A stretch of DNA of 64,000 nt. It comes from an uncultured Candidatus Rokubacteria bacterium. GTDB lineage: Bacteria; Methylomirabilota; Methylomirabilia; Rokubacteriales; CSP1-6. The stretch spans positions 320,001 through 384,000 of the forward strand of contig CAVWWD010000005.1 of the NCBI GenBank assembly GCA_963758635.1, given 5' to 3'. Position numbers and translations under genes: made by a program. The notes beneath the pieces were generated by a model that worked only from the letters and a program-made list of their open reading frames with translations, was not told where the DNA came from and did no database searches. Shown piece after piece: positions 1 through 9,980 of the stretch. Numbering within the stretch: position 1 is the first letter of the stretch; each line of letters starts with the position of its first letter.

Positions 1-110
1 CAGCCGCTTGACCGCCTGGCCACCTCGAGGCCCGAGCGCTCAGGGAGCGAGAGGTCGGTGACGACGACGTCGAACGTCCCGCGCCGGAACCGCGCGAGCC
101 CGGACCCCCA
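1..110 (-). pseudogene. Response-regulator receiver domain fragment (runs off window; 5' part apparently missing)
   Basis: Manual translation GSGLARFRRGTFDVVVTDLSLPERSGLEVARR matches the receiver beta3/Asp motif; no start codon or N-terminal 'ILxxDD' strand found between it and the cytochrome c stop. Confidence 0.5.
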
Positions 111-165
111 GGGACGATCGGTGGGACCGGGAGTCTGAAATCGTAATGTTCTCCGACTGCTGCGC

Positions 166-576
166 CTACTTCTTCAATGATCGGATGAAGTGGATGACAG
201 ACCAGCGGTCGTTCTCCGGCAGGTGCTTCCACGGAGGCATCGCGCCGCGGCCGTTCGAGATCTTCCAGAACAGCTCGCCGTCGGACTCGTCCTGCACAGC
301 CTTGGACGTCCAGTTGGCAGGCTTCGGGTTGAGGGCGACCGCCGCGGGCCCGTCGCCCTTGCCGCCCGGGCCGTGGCAGGACACGCAGTTGACCTGCGCC
401 ACGTTCTTGCCGGCCTCGACCGCTTTCGCGCCGCCGGCGACCGGATTCTTCTTGGCCTTGTCTGCGGCGGGAGCGACCCAGGGACCAGTCGGGGCCTGGG
501 CCCATGCCACTGCCGCCACGAGAAGCAGCGCGATCCCGGCGACGGCGACCGCGATGCCGCGTGGTGAGGTGCTCAT
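166..576 (-). CDS. Periplasmic monoheme cytochrome c
   Basis: Signal peptide, CVSCH heme motif, distal GAMPPW Met ligand. Confidence 0.9.
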   Translation of the reverse strand: MSTSPRGIAVAVAGIALLLVAAVAWAQAPTGPWVAPAADKAKKNPVAGGAKAVEAGKNVAQVNCVSCHGPGGKGDGPAAVALNPKPANWTSKAVQDESDGELFWKISNGRGAMPPWKHLPENDRWSVIHFIRSLKK

Positions 577-752
577 GGAATCGTCCTCCTGATCTCGAGC
601 ATCGTGACAGCCTTCACAACGGCGCAGAGTAGACCCGCGCCGTTCCGGGGGTCAAGCGCTTTCACGACCGCCGTCCGCGCGCACGCTCGCCGGGGATCAC
701 GAGCGGGTGGCGACGATCGACACACGGAACGCTGTGCTATCGTGCACCTCGC

Positions 753-2084
753 ATGACCACCGAGCGTGTCCACGCCGTCGCCGTCATCGGGGCCGGGCCC
801 GCCGGTCTCTTCGCCACGCGCGCCCTCGCCGCGGCCGGCTGCCGCGTCCTGCTCCTCAACCGCGACATCAAGCCCGGCGGCCTCGCCGAGTACGGGATCT
901 TTCTCGACAAGTACAAGATGAAGGGCGGCCTGCGGAAGCAGTTCCAGAAGATCCTCAGCGACCCGCGCGTCCGATACCTCGGACACGTGACGCTCGGCGC
1001 GCGCGGCGCGCTCACCCTCGAGGACCTGCGCGGCGCGGGGTTCGACGCGCTGGTCTTCGCCATCGGCGCGCAGGGCACGAAGTACCTGGGCGTGGAGGGC
1101 GAGCGGCTGCCCGGCGTGTACCACGCCAAGGACCTCGTGTACCACTACAACCGGCTGCCGCCGTTCGCCGAGCAATCGTTCCCGCTCGGACGCCGGGTCG
1201 CCGTGGTCGGCGTCGGCAACGTGATGGTCGACATCGCCAACTACTGCATCCACTACCGCGACACCGACGAGGTCATCGCGGTGGCCCGCCGGGGGCCGTT
1301 CGAGAAGGCCTACGACGACCGCGAGTTCGAGGACATCGAGGACGGCTTCGACCGCCAGGCCTACCGCGAGGAGATCGAGCGCATCCGGCCTCGTCTCACC
1401 GCGGCCGGCCAGGACGCGGACGAGCTGCTGCGCGACCTCGCGGCGCGGCCCGAGCCTCACCCGCCCGCGCGCACGCGCCTGCGCTTCCGCTTCCTCGCCT
1501 CTCCGCGTCGCGTGATCGCCGAGGGCGGCCGCGTCGTCGCGCTCGAGGTCGAGGAGACGAGGCTCGAGCGGCGCGGCGAGCGGATCAGCGCGGCCGGCAC
1601 CGGAGAGGTGACGCGCATCCCGTGCGACTCGGTGGTGTTCGCGGTCGGCGACCGCGTCGACGAGGACACGGGCCTGCCGTACAAGGACGGCATGTACGTG
1701 ACCGTGCCCGGCGCCGAGACAAACCCCGCCGCGGCCTACCAGGTCCGGGACGCGGCCACGGGCGCGGCCATGCCCGGTGTCTTCGTGGTGGGCTGGGCGC
1801 GCCGGGCCAGCGACGGCGTGGTGGGGCGGGCGCGGCTCGACGCGGAGACGGGGATCAAGCACGTCGCGGCCTACCTGGCCCAGCGCGAGACCCGCCCCGC
1901 GGCGCAGGCCGAGGCGGTCGAGGCGCGGCTCGTCGATCTGCTCCAGGCGCGGGGCGCTCGGCCCGTGACCTTTGCGGAGGTCGCCAAGATCGAGGACGCC
2001 GAGCGGGCCCGGGCCGCCGCGGCCAAGGTCGAGGAGCTGAAGTTCGAGAGCGACCGCGAGATGCTCGAGGTGATCAGCGGCTAG
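753..2084 (+). CDS. FAD-dependent oxidoreductase, ferredoxin-NADP+ reductase/adrenodoxin reductase-like
   Basis: GAGPAG FAD motif, GGLAEYG, VGVGNVMVD NADP motif, C-terminal VGWARR. Confidence 0.85.
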   Translation: MTTERVHAVAVIGAGPAGLFATRALAAAGCRVLLLNRDIKPGGLAEYGIFLDKYKMKGGLRKQFQKILSDPRVRYLGHVTLGARGALTLEDLRGAGFDALVFAIGAQGTKYLGVEGERLPGVYHAKDLVYHYNRLPPFAEQSFPLGRRVAVVGVGNVMVDIANYCIHYRDTDEVIAVARRGPFEKAYDDREFEDIEDGFDRQAYREEIERIRPRLTAAGQDADELLRDLAARPEPHPPARTRLRFRFLASPRRVIAEGGRVVALEVEETRLERRGERISAAGTGEVTRIPCDSVVFAVGDRVDEDTGLPYKDGMYVTVPGAETNPAAAYQVRDAATGAAMPGVFVVGWARRASDGVVGRARLDAETGIKHVAAYLAQRETRPAAQAEAVEARLVDLLQARGARPVTFAEVAKIEDAERARAAAAKVEELKFESDREMLEVISG

Positions 2085-3649
2085 TGACCCTCCTTATCGT
2101 CGGCGCCCGGTCTCCCCGGGCGATCCCACGTCCCCACGAGCAGGACCAGCGCCGCCGCGATCCCGTATCCCGCGGCGATCGTGAACGGCAGCCGGCCCGG
2201 GGCCGTCCACGGCCAGAACACCGCGCCGGTGGCGAGGGGCGAGTGGATGACGCCGAAGAGCGTCGCGAGGCTCGCCATCGCCAGCGTCGCCGCCGCGCGC
2301 TCGAGCTTCCGCTCGATGATCCACACGACGGCCGTGGCCCAGAGGAGCGCGGTGACCACGAAGCCGTTGCCGAGGACGAGGAGCGCGTTCCACGTGGCGC
2401 GCCCCTCGCCGGCGAGATCCGCGGCGGTCTTGCCGACCCCGCCAAGGAGCAGGTTCCCCTCGATGAGCACGAGCGCGGCCACCGCGGGCATGAACGCCAC
2501 CGCCACCGCCGCGGCGTGACGCGGGGGCGAGGCCAGGAACGCCTGGGCGGTGATCTCGAGCCCGATGAAGATCAGGATCGGGGCCACCGCCGCCTCGGGG
2601 AGCAGGCTCACGAGGAGCGAGACGAACCCGAGCGCGGCGCCCACGCCGATCACCATGGCCGTGGCGAGGGTATAGCCGGCGCGCGCGCCCATCGCCTTGT
2701 ACGCGGGATGCCCGATGTACGGCGTGTTCTGGATGACCCCGCCACACGTGCCCGCCACGACCGTGGCCACCGCCTCGGTGAGCAGGATGTCGCGCGCGCG
2801 GTACTCGTCGCCGGACGCGATCGCCGACTCGGTGGTGTCGATGCCGCCGATGACGGTGGCGAGCGCGAACGGCAGCGCCAGCGGCAGGTAGGGCAGCATG
2901 GCGCTGGCGGTGTCCATCCACGCCAGCGTGGGCCACGGGATCGCCACGTGCAGCCCGGACGCGGCGGCCGCCGTCACATGCCCCTCGCCCGTGAAGAGCC
3001 ACCGGCCCCAGAAGATCACCGCCCCGGCGAGGACGGCCACGAGCGCCCCCGGCACCCCCGAGGGCAGGCGCACGCGCCCGATGAGGGAGACGAGCACGAT
3101 CACCAGCGAGACCAGCCCCACCAGCGGGTCCTGGAAGAGCTTGAGCGTGGGGAGGAAGGCGATGAGCAGGATGGCCACGCCGGCGATCGATCCGAGCAGC
3201 GCGGCCCGCGGCACCGCGGTGCGGACCCAGTCACCGGCGGCGGCGAGCACGAGCTTGAGCGCGCCCATGGCCACCGTCACGCCCATCCCGATCTTCCACG
3301 CGAGCACGGGATCGCGGGTCAGCACCATCACCGGGCCGAGCACGCCGAACACCATGGCGAAGAGCGAGGGCGTGTCGATGCCGAAGGGCATCGCGGTGAC
3401 GTCCGCCCGGCCCGTGCGGCGCATGAGCCGGATGGCAAGCGCGGTGTAGATCAGGTCGCCCAGCAGCACGCCGGCCGCGGTGCCCGGCACCATGACGTAG
3501 AGGACGAGGTCGGACGGGAACTTGAAAACGCCGATGAGGAGGCTCGACAGGATGACCAGCTGGGTCAGGTTGTCGAGCGCGAGGCCGAAGAACGCGTTCC
3601 AGTCGCCAGGGGCGTACCAGCGCGGGGCCGCCGCCGCCCCGCGCGTCAC
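2081..3649 (-). CDS. NCS2/AzgA-like nucleobase permease
   Basis: Multi-TM protein with GDWNAFFGL, TAMPFGIDTPS and TPYIGHPAYK motifs. Confidence 0.75.
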   Translation of the reverse strand: MTRGAAAAPRWYAPGDWNAFFGLALDNLTQLVILSSLLIGVFKFPSDLVLYVMVPGTAAGVLLGDLIYTALAIRLMRRTGRADVTAMPFGIDTPSLFAMVFGVLGPVMVLTRDPVLAWKIGMGVTVAMGALKLVLAAAGDWVRTAVPRAALLGSIAGVAILLIAFLPTLKLFQDPLVGLVSLVIVLVSLIGRVRLPSGVPGALVAVLAGAVIFWGRWLFTGEGHVTAAAASGLHVAIPWPTLAWMDTASAMLPYLPLALPFALATVIGGIDTTESAIASGDEYRARDILLTEAVATVVAGTCGGVIQNTPYIGHPAYKAMGARAGYTLATAMVIGVGAALGFVSLLVSLLPEAAVAPILIFIGLEITAQAFLASPPRHAAAVAVAFMPAVAALVLIEGNLLLGGVGKTAADLAGEGRATWNALLVLGNGFVVTALLWATAVVWIIERKLERAAATLAMASLATLFGVIHSPLATGAVFWPWTAPGRLPFTIAAGYGIAAALVLLVGTWDRPGRPGADDKEGH

Positions 3650-3963
3650 GCGGTGCGCCGCGCTCCCCGCTCCGCCTGCGCGAAATCACGCGCGAGCGCC
3701 CTCACCCGCGCCGCGAGGGCCTGGCACCACGCCAGGCTGCCGCGCTGCTCCTGCGCCTCGGTGAACGGGATCTCGATCGGGTCCTGGCCGGCGGGCGGCA
3801 GGACGCGGTCACCCAGGCGCAGACGGATGCCGTAGCTCCGGCCCTCACGCGGGCCGTCGGCCTCCACGACCGCCTCCGTCCCGAGCGCCTCACGCCGGGC
3901 GTGCGAGAGGACGAAGTTGGTGAGCCACCGCCGCACTTCCTCGTAGTCACCCCCGGAGAACAT
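3646..3963 (-). CDS. Hypothetical protein
   Basis: 105-aa ORF with natural composition; GTGA overlap with the permease. Confidence 0.65.
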   Translation of the reverse strand: MFSGGDYEEVRRWLTNFVLSHARREALGTEAVVEADGPREGRSYGIRLRLGDRVLPPAGQDPIEIPFTEAQEQRGSLAWCQALAARVRALARDFAQAERGARRTA

Positions 3964-6900
3964 GACCGGCGCTTGACCGTCGCGTCCCTACGGTCTTACG
4001 CTGGCTTGCCTGACCGCCACACTCGTTGAAGCCGCAGGACAGACACTTCTTGCACCCTTCCTCGTACACGAGCGTCGCCTGCCCGCACTCCTTGCAGAGG
4101 TCCCCGATCTGCCGGAGCGACGAGACGCGGACGGGCGTGTCCGTGCCGTCGTCGCCCATGTGCTCGCGCAGGACCCGGGCGAGCGCGTCGGGCAGCGACA
4201 GCACCTTGGACGGCCCGAAGCCGGTGGGCTGACCCCCGCCGATGTGGGCGAGCTGGCTGACCACCTCGTCCACGCGGCGACGCGCCGAGAGCGGCGACGG
4301 CAGCCGCAGCGCGAGCGAGACCAGGCGGCCCAGCGCCTCGGCCACGGCCATCGTGTCCGAGCCCGCCTTGCCCACCTGGACGAAGACCTCGAACGGCTCA
4401 CCGCCCGCGGTGTCGTTCACGGTGACGAACGCGGTGCCGATCGGCGTCTCCATGCGGTACGTCCGCCCGGTGAGGCTGTGGGGCCGCGGCTTGACCACGC
4501 GCTCGGCGAGGAGGCCCGGCTCGGCGGCGGCGCCCGTGAGCCCCGCGGTGAGCACCTGCGCGCCCTTGCACCCGTCGCGGAACACCGTGATGCCGAGGCA
4601 ATCCTCGCGCCACGCGAGGAGATAGGCCTGGGCCACGTCGTCCTCGGTGGCCTGGTTCGGCAGGTTGATGGTCTTCGACACGCCGTTGTCGGTGTGGCGC
4701 TGGAACGCCGCCTGATGGCGAACGTGCCAGACGTAGTCGACCTCGTGGGCCGTCTTGAACACCGCCTTCACCGCCTCGTCCACGCCGGGGATGCCCTGCA
4801 CGGAGCCCCGGCGCACCACCTCGGCCATGAGCCCCTCGGACCAGAAGCCGCGCGCCCGCGCGAGCCGCTCGAACGCGTCGCTCGAGAACGTGAGGACGCG
4901 CTCGCCGTCGGGCCCCTTCACGCGGTGCTCGAAGGCGAGGGCGAACACCGGCTCGATCCCGGAGGAGCAGCCCGCGATCATCGAGATGGTGCCGGTGGGG
5001 GCGATCGTGGTGACGGTGCAGTTCCGGAGCGGCCGGCCGTCGCGGTAGATCGAGCGGGGGAAGCTCGGGAACGGCCCGCGCTCCTCGGCGAGGCGGGCGG
5101 ACTGGTCGTGGCCCTTCTCGGAGATGAACGCCATCAGCCGCTCGGCGAGGTCGAGGGCGGCCGGGCTGTCGTAGGGGATGCCGAGCGTGAACAGCAGGTC
5201 GGCCCATCCCATCACGCCGAGCCCGATGCGGCGATTGGCCCTCACCGTCGCGTCGATCTCGGCCAGCGGATACGGGTTCACCTCCAGCACGTCGTCGAGG
5301 AAGCGCACGCCGAGGCGGATCACCCGCTCCAGCTCGTCCCAGTCGAGCGTCCAGCCGTCGCCGTCGGGCCGCGCGCACCGCGCGACGTTGATCGACCCGA
5401 GCGTGCACGCGTCGTGCGGCGCGAGAGGCTGCTCGCCGCATTGGTGGACGACGAGCCCGTTGGCGATCATCGAGTGGCTCTGGGGCTCGGTGAGGTCGAA
5501 CACGGGCCGCCGGCCCGCCGCCTCCACGGCCACGACGAGATCGCTGTCCTTCTGGCGGTAGAACCGCTCGAATCGGACGGCGTTCAGCCGGTCCTGCTTG
5601 GCGTTCAGGAATCCGATCTCCCGGCGGAACATGTCGCGCGACGCGCCGAAGATGCCCAGCTCGTACAGCACGCCGTCGGACGCGTAGGCGCGGCGTGTTC
5701 CGTCCACCGACTCGTATGCGAACAGGGCGGCTCGGGGCGCGCGCGAGCGGTCCATGAGCGAGCTCCTGATCCCCAGGTTGAGCAGGAGACTCTGGACTCC
5801 GCGCAGCAGCTCGCGGCTCTTCGAGGTCAGGGCCACCCAGGCGCTGTTGGCCTTCGGATTGTCGCGGACGGTCCCGTCGGCGGTGAACAGCCCCTGCAGA
5901 AACCCCACCACGGCTTCCCGCGGCGCCGCGAACAGGCTGGCCGGCACGACTTTCTCGGAGGCGTGGACGGGCCGCACGCCGAGGCGCGCGGAAGAAGTCG
6001 CCGAAGAACTTGCCACGGTAGATGAGGTGCCGCACGCCCCGTGCTCGCTCGTGGGCCCGTGGCGCCCGCCGGCCGTACCACGCGTTCGTGATGGCGCGAA
6101 GCCGCTGCAGCACGTCCCCGTCACGGGGCCCGAAGCTGAAGCCCACCGCGCAGTTCGCGTCGCCAGCCCGGAACCACCCGTCGCCGACGAGCCAGCCGAG
6201 CACGAGGCCCAGGTCACGGCTCCAGCGGGCCGGCAGGTCGTGCCGGTAGACGCGCCCGTTGCGGCCGGCGAACTCCGACGCATGCGGGAACGGGAGCCGA
6301 TCGTCGGTGGCAAACGCGCCGGGGTGGCTCTGGATCCAGACGCGATCGGCGCCCACGCGCAGGTCGGCCGCCGCCACCCATCCGCGGTCCGTCATGAACC
6401 GGTGATCGCGCGTGCACGTGAGCTCGTAGCCGGCCTTCGTCCGCACCGTCACGGTGTCGCGCTCGCCGGTGGCGAACGCCCGCTGGATGGGCAGGCAACC
6501 CAGCGCATAGGCGGAGAGCGGCACGTCGTGGGTGCCTTCCCACACGAGCAGACGCGACGGCACGAGCCGCCCGTCCACCTGCACGGCAACGCCACCCTCC
6601 GCGTGGCGGGCGGCCAGGGAGTCGATGCGCACGAGGCCGCGATCCGTCCCGATCAAGGTGTCGGCGACCACGCACGGGTTGGTCGCCTCGATCTGCGCGA
6701 CCTCGGGCGTGGGGTTCGCGCGGCTCCGGTTGATGCGGTCGATGAACACCATGCCGGGATCGCCGGTGCGCCACGCCGCGCGGACGATGCGATCGAACAC
6801 GTCGCGCGCCGACAGCCGGCCCGTTACCGCGCCCGTGCGCGGGTTGACGAGGTCGTAGTCCGTGCCCGCGGCGAGCGCGTCCATGAACGCGTCGGTGGCG

Positions 6901-7520
6901 GCCACCGAGATGTTGAAGTTGGTGATGCCGCCGTCGAGCTTGCAGTCGATGAACTCGAGGATGTCGGGATGGTCGACGCGCAGGATGCCCATGTTCGCGC
7001 CGCGCCGCATGCCGCCCTGCTTCACCGCCTCGGTGGCCGCGTTGAACACGCGCAGGAACGAGACCGGCCCCGACGCGCGCCCGCCGGTCGACTTCACCAC
7101 GTCGTTCTTCGGCCGCAGCCGCGAGAACGCGTATCCGGTTCCACCACCCGATTGATGGATGATCGCGCCGGACTTCACCGCCTCGAAGATCTCGGGCATC
7201 GAGTCGCCGACGGGCAGCACGAAGCACGCGGAGTACTGCAGCTGGTTGTCCTTCCCCGCGTTCATCAAGGTCGGCGAGTTGGGGAGGAACGCGCCGTCCA
7301 CCATCACCTCGTAGAACGCGGCGGCGATCTCGGCAATGGCCGCGGGACTCCGGCCGAAGCGGCCCTCCGCCGCGGCGATGGCGCGGGCCACGCGCCAGCA
7401 CATCTCCTCGGCCGTCTCCACCACCTCGCCGTCCTCGCGGGCGAGGTAGCGCTCGCGCAGGACGCGCAGGGCCGCCTCGGTCCAGCGTCCCACCTTGGCG
7501 GGCCGCGCCTCGAGCGACAT
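3947..7520 (-). CDS. nrdJ: Adenosylcobalamin-dependent (class II) ribonucleotide reductase with intein, C-terminal TSCPD/Zn-ribbon region; one frameshift near 5985
   Basis: [60 protein letters not shown] at 7520 with GGAG RBS; no ATP-cone. Confidence 0.9.
5441..6674 (-). mobile_element. Intein (~411 aa) with LAGLIDADG homing endonuclease, ending His-Gln
   Basis: Starts CVVADTLI after NP; block B 'LTCTRDHRF'; LGWLVGDG and LQGLFTADG motifs; ends '[21 protein letters not shown]' before +1 Cys. Confidence 0.92.
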
Positions 7521-7619
7521 GCGGGGCTCCTTCACGGGCCGACGATCGAGCCTGGCCGACGAATGGGGGAGATGGGGCCGCCCCAGGCCACTACCCGGGG
7601 GACATGGCGTAAGCCTAGC

Positions 7620-7635
7620 ACACCGCATATGGAGT
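7620..7635. promoter_or_regulatory. Possible NrdR box upstream of nrdJ
   Basis: ACACCGCATATGGAGT matches 11/16 of acaCwAtATaTwGtgt; weak second half-match 32 bp away at 7588. Confidence 0.35.
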
Positions 7636-7804
7636 GCAGAAAGTGCGGAAGGCCCCGCGACGGGCCGGCCTAGACTTGACTGTCCCGAGCCGGCACATAC
7701 AATCGGGAGCCACGCTATGATGCGGCCACGCCGACCGGTCACCTGCCGTTGACGTCCATCACGACGCCGGCTTGGCCCCACGGGCCGAGCGGGCCGGAGC
7801 AGAC

Positions 7805-8518
7805 ATGCGCGCGCTGAGGCATTACCGCGTCGGCATCGCCCTGGTCGGCCTGCTCGTCGTGATCGGGATGCTCGTCGCGTACCGTCTCAGCGGCTACGTG
7901 GCCCAGAAGAACCTGGACCAGGGCGCCGCGGTGAGCGCGCAGTCCTCGGGCACGAACACGTCCTCGCTGGGCATCCTCGTCATCCACGACATCGCGAGCG
8001 TGAAGGTCCAGGTGGAGGTGCCCGAGCGGCACATCGCCCGCGTGAAGGCGGGGACGCCGGTCCGGCTCCGCGTGGACCCCTACACCAACCAGGTCTTCAG
8101 CGGCGTGGTGGCGCGCATCGTCCACAACCTGGACCCGCGGACGCGCACGATGGGGCTCGAGGTCGACATCCCGAACGGCGACGGGCGCCTCAAGCCCGGC
8201 ATGTTCGCGCGCGTGGACCTCCTGGTGGAGACGCGGAAGGGCGCGCTCACGATTCCCGTGGACGCCCTCCGCATCGGCAAGGCGAAGCCCACGGTGATGG
8301 TCGTGCGCGCCGGCGTGGCCGAGGCGGTGCCGATCGCGGTGGGCCTCGCCGACGGCGAGCGCGTCGAGGTCGTGTCCGGTCTCGCCGACGGCGATCAGGT
8401 CGCCACCGTCTTCACCCTGATCCTGATCCCGACGCTGTACGTGATCCTCGAGGAGCGCTTCCCCCGCGAGGTGCCGGCGCCGGAGGGCGCCCTCACGCCA
8501 CAAGGAGAAATCGCATGA
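7805..8518 (+). pseudogene. Deleted RND adaptor (MFP) fused in frame to the C-terminal helix of an RND permease
   Basis: MFP beta-barrel/MP motifs (VEVPE, DPRTRT, LKPGMFARV, GLADGDQV) followed directly by ATVFTLILIPTLYVILE; hairpin/lipoyl segment missing. Confidence 0.7.
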
Positions 8519-9919
8519 CGTCCGTCTCCCTTCACCGGCTTCTCGCCGGCCTGCTGCTCGTCGTGGCGGCGCTGCCCGCGGTGGCGGCGGCGCAGCCGAC
8601 GGCGAGCGACCCCATGGCGCCGCGGCGGCCCCTCCCGGCTCCCCCGGGACTGACCTTCCCGGTCCCGCCCCAGATCGCGACGAGCGAGCTGTCCTTGCCC
8701 GAGGCCGTCACCATCGCGCTCGACAACCAGCCGCAGATCCAGGCCCGGATCGGGGACTACGTGGCTGCGCTCCAGCGCGTGAACCAGGCGCTGTCACCCA
8801 TGCTGCCCCAGCTGAGTGCCGCCGCCGAGGGGACCCACCAGAACGCCGACACGCGGATCATCAATCCGCCTCCCATGCCGAACGCGTCCCCGCAGACCCT
8901 GCGGACGGTGGGGAGCGGGCGGATCACCCTCTCCCAGCTCCTCTGGGACTTCGGCAAGACGTGGGCGTTCACGCAATCGGCGAAGTCCAGCGCGGGAGTG
9001 TTCCGCGAGGACGTGGAGCTGCAGAAGGACCTCATCGTGCTCGCCGTGAAGGAGCAGTACTTCAACCTCCTGTTCGCGAGCCGGCTGGTGGTCGTCAACG
9101 CCCAGGCCCAGGAGCGGGCCGAGCTGAACCTGCGCAGCGCCAAGGGCTTCTTCGAGGTGGGCACGCGGCCGAAGTCCGACGTGACCCGGGCCGAGGTCGA
9201 CGTGGCCAACGCGCGCGTGGATCTCATCCGCGCGCAGAACGCGGTGAGCCTGGCCCGCATCGCGCTGAACACCGCGATGGGCATCGCCGTCAACGCCCCC
9301 ACGCGCGTGACGCGACATTCTGACGTACGAGAAGCTCACCCTCGACCAGAACACTCTGGTCTCGGAGGCGCTCAGCCGCCGGCCCGAGTACCGCGCGGTG
9401 AAGTACCAGACGGACGCCGCGGAGGCGAACGTGAAGGCGGCGTTCCGCGACTTCTTCCCGGGTTTCTTCGGCACAACGTCCGTCGGGGGCAGCACGGCGA
9501 CGACCGACAGGACCGCCACGTACACGGAGGCGGGGGACTGGGTCGTCGGCGTCGAGATGCGCTGGGCCATCTTCGACGGCGGCAACAAGATCGCCCGCTG
9601 GAAGGAGGCCAAGGCCTCGGTCGACGCGGCCAAGGCCCGCGTCCGCGACACCGAGCTGACGATCTGGCAGGACGTGGAGGGCGCCTACGTGCGGCTGGTG
9701 GAGGCCGAGGAGCGGATCGGCGCCACCCAGAAAGCCGTCGAGTCGGCCCAGGAGAACTTCCGGCTCTTCCAGGGCCGGTTCGACGCCGGCGTCGGCAACA
9801 TCATCGAGCTGACCGACGCGCAGTTCGCCCTCACCCAGGCGCAGTCCACCGAGGCTCAGGCGCTCGCCGACTTCCGGATCGCCATCGCGAGGCTGGAGCG
9901 CGCAACGGGTCGGCGCTAG
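8515..9919 (+). CDS. TolC family outer-membrane efflux protein (frameshift near 9310)
   Basis: Two OEP repeats split over ORFs 8515..9984 and 9398..9919; ends LERATGRR. Confidence 0.85.
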
Positions 9920-9980
9920 ACTGGACAGGCCGGCCCGCGGCAGCCGGAATATGCCCTCCCACACCAACGTCTGACTTGGC

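Noticed and set aside
707..3835. Very long alternative-frame and antisense ORFs (e.g. 707..3835, 56977..59832, 49735..51957)
   Set aside because: Arg/Gly/Pro-rich shadow ORFs expected at this GC content, overlapping well-supported genes
3947..4015. NrdJ C-terminal extension past ...CGFNEC overlapping the next gene
   Set aside because: Low-information tail that may reflect a lost stop or sequence error; no motif support
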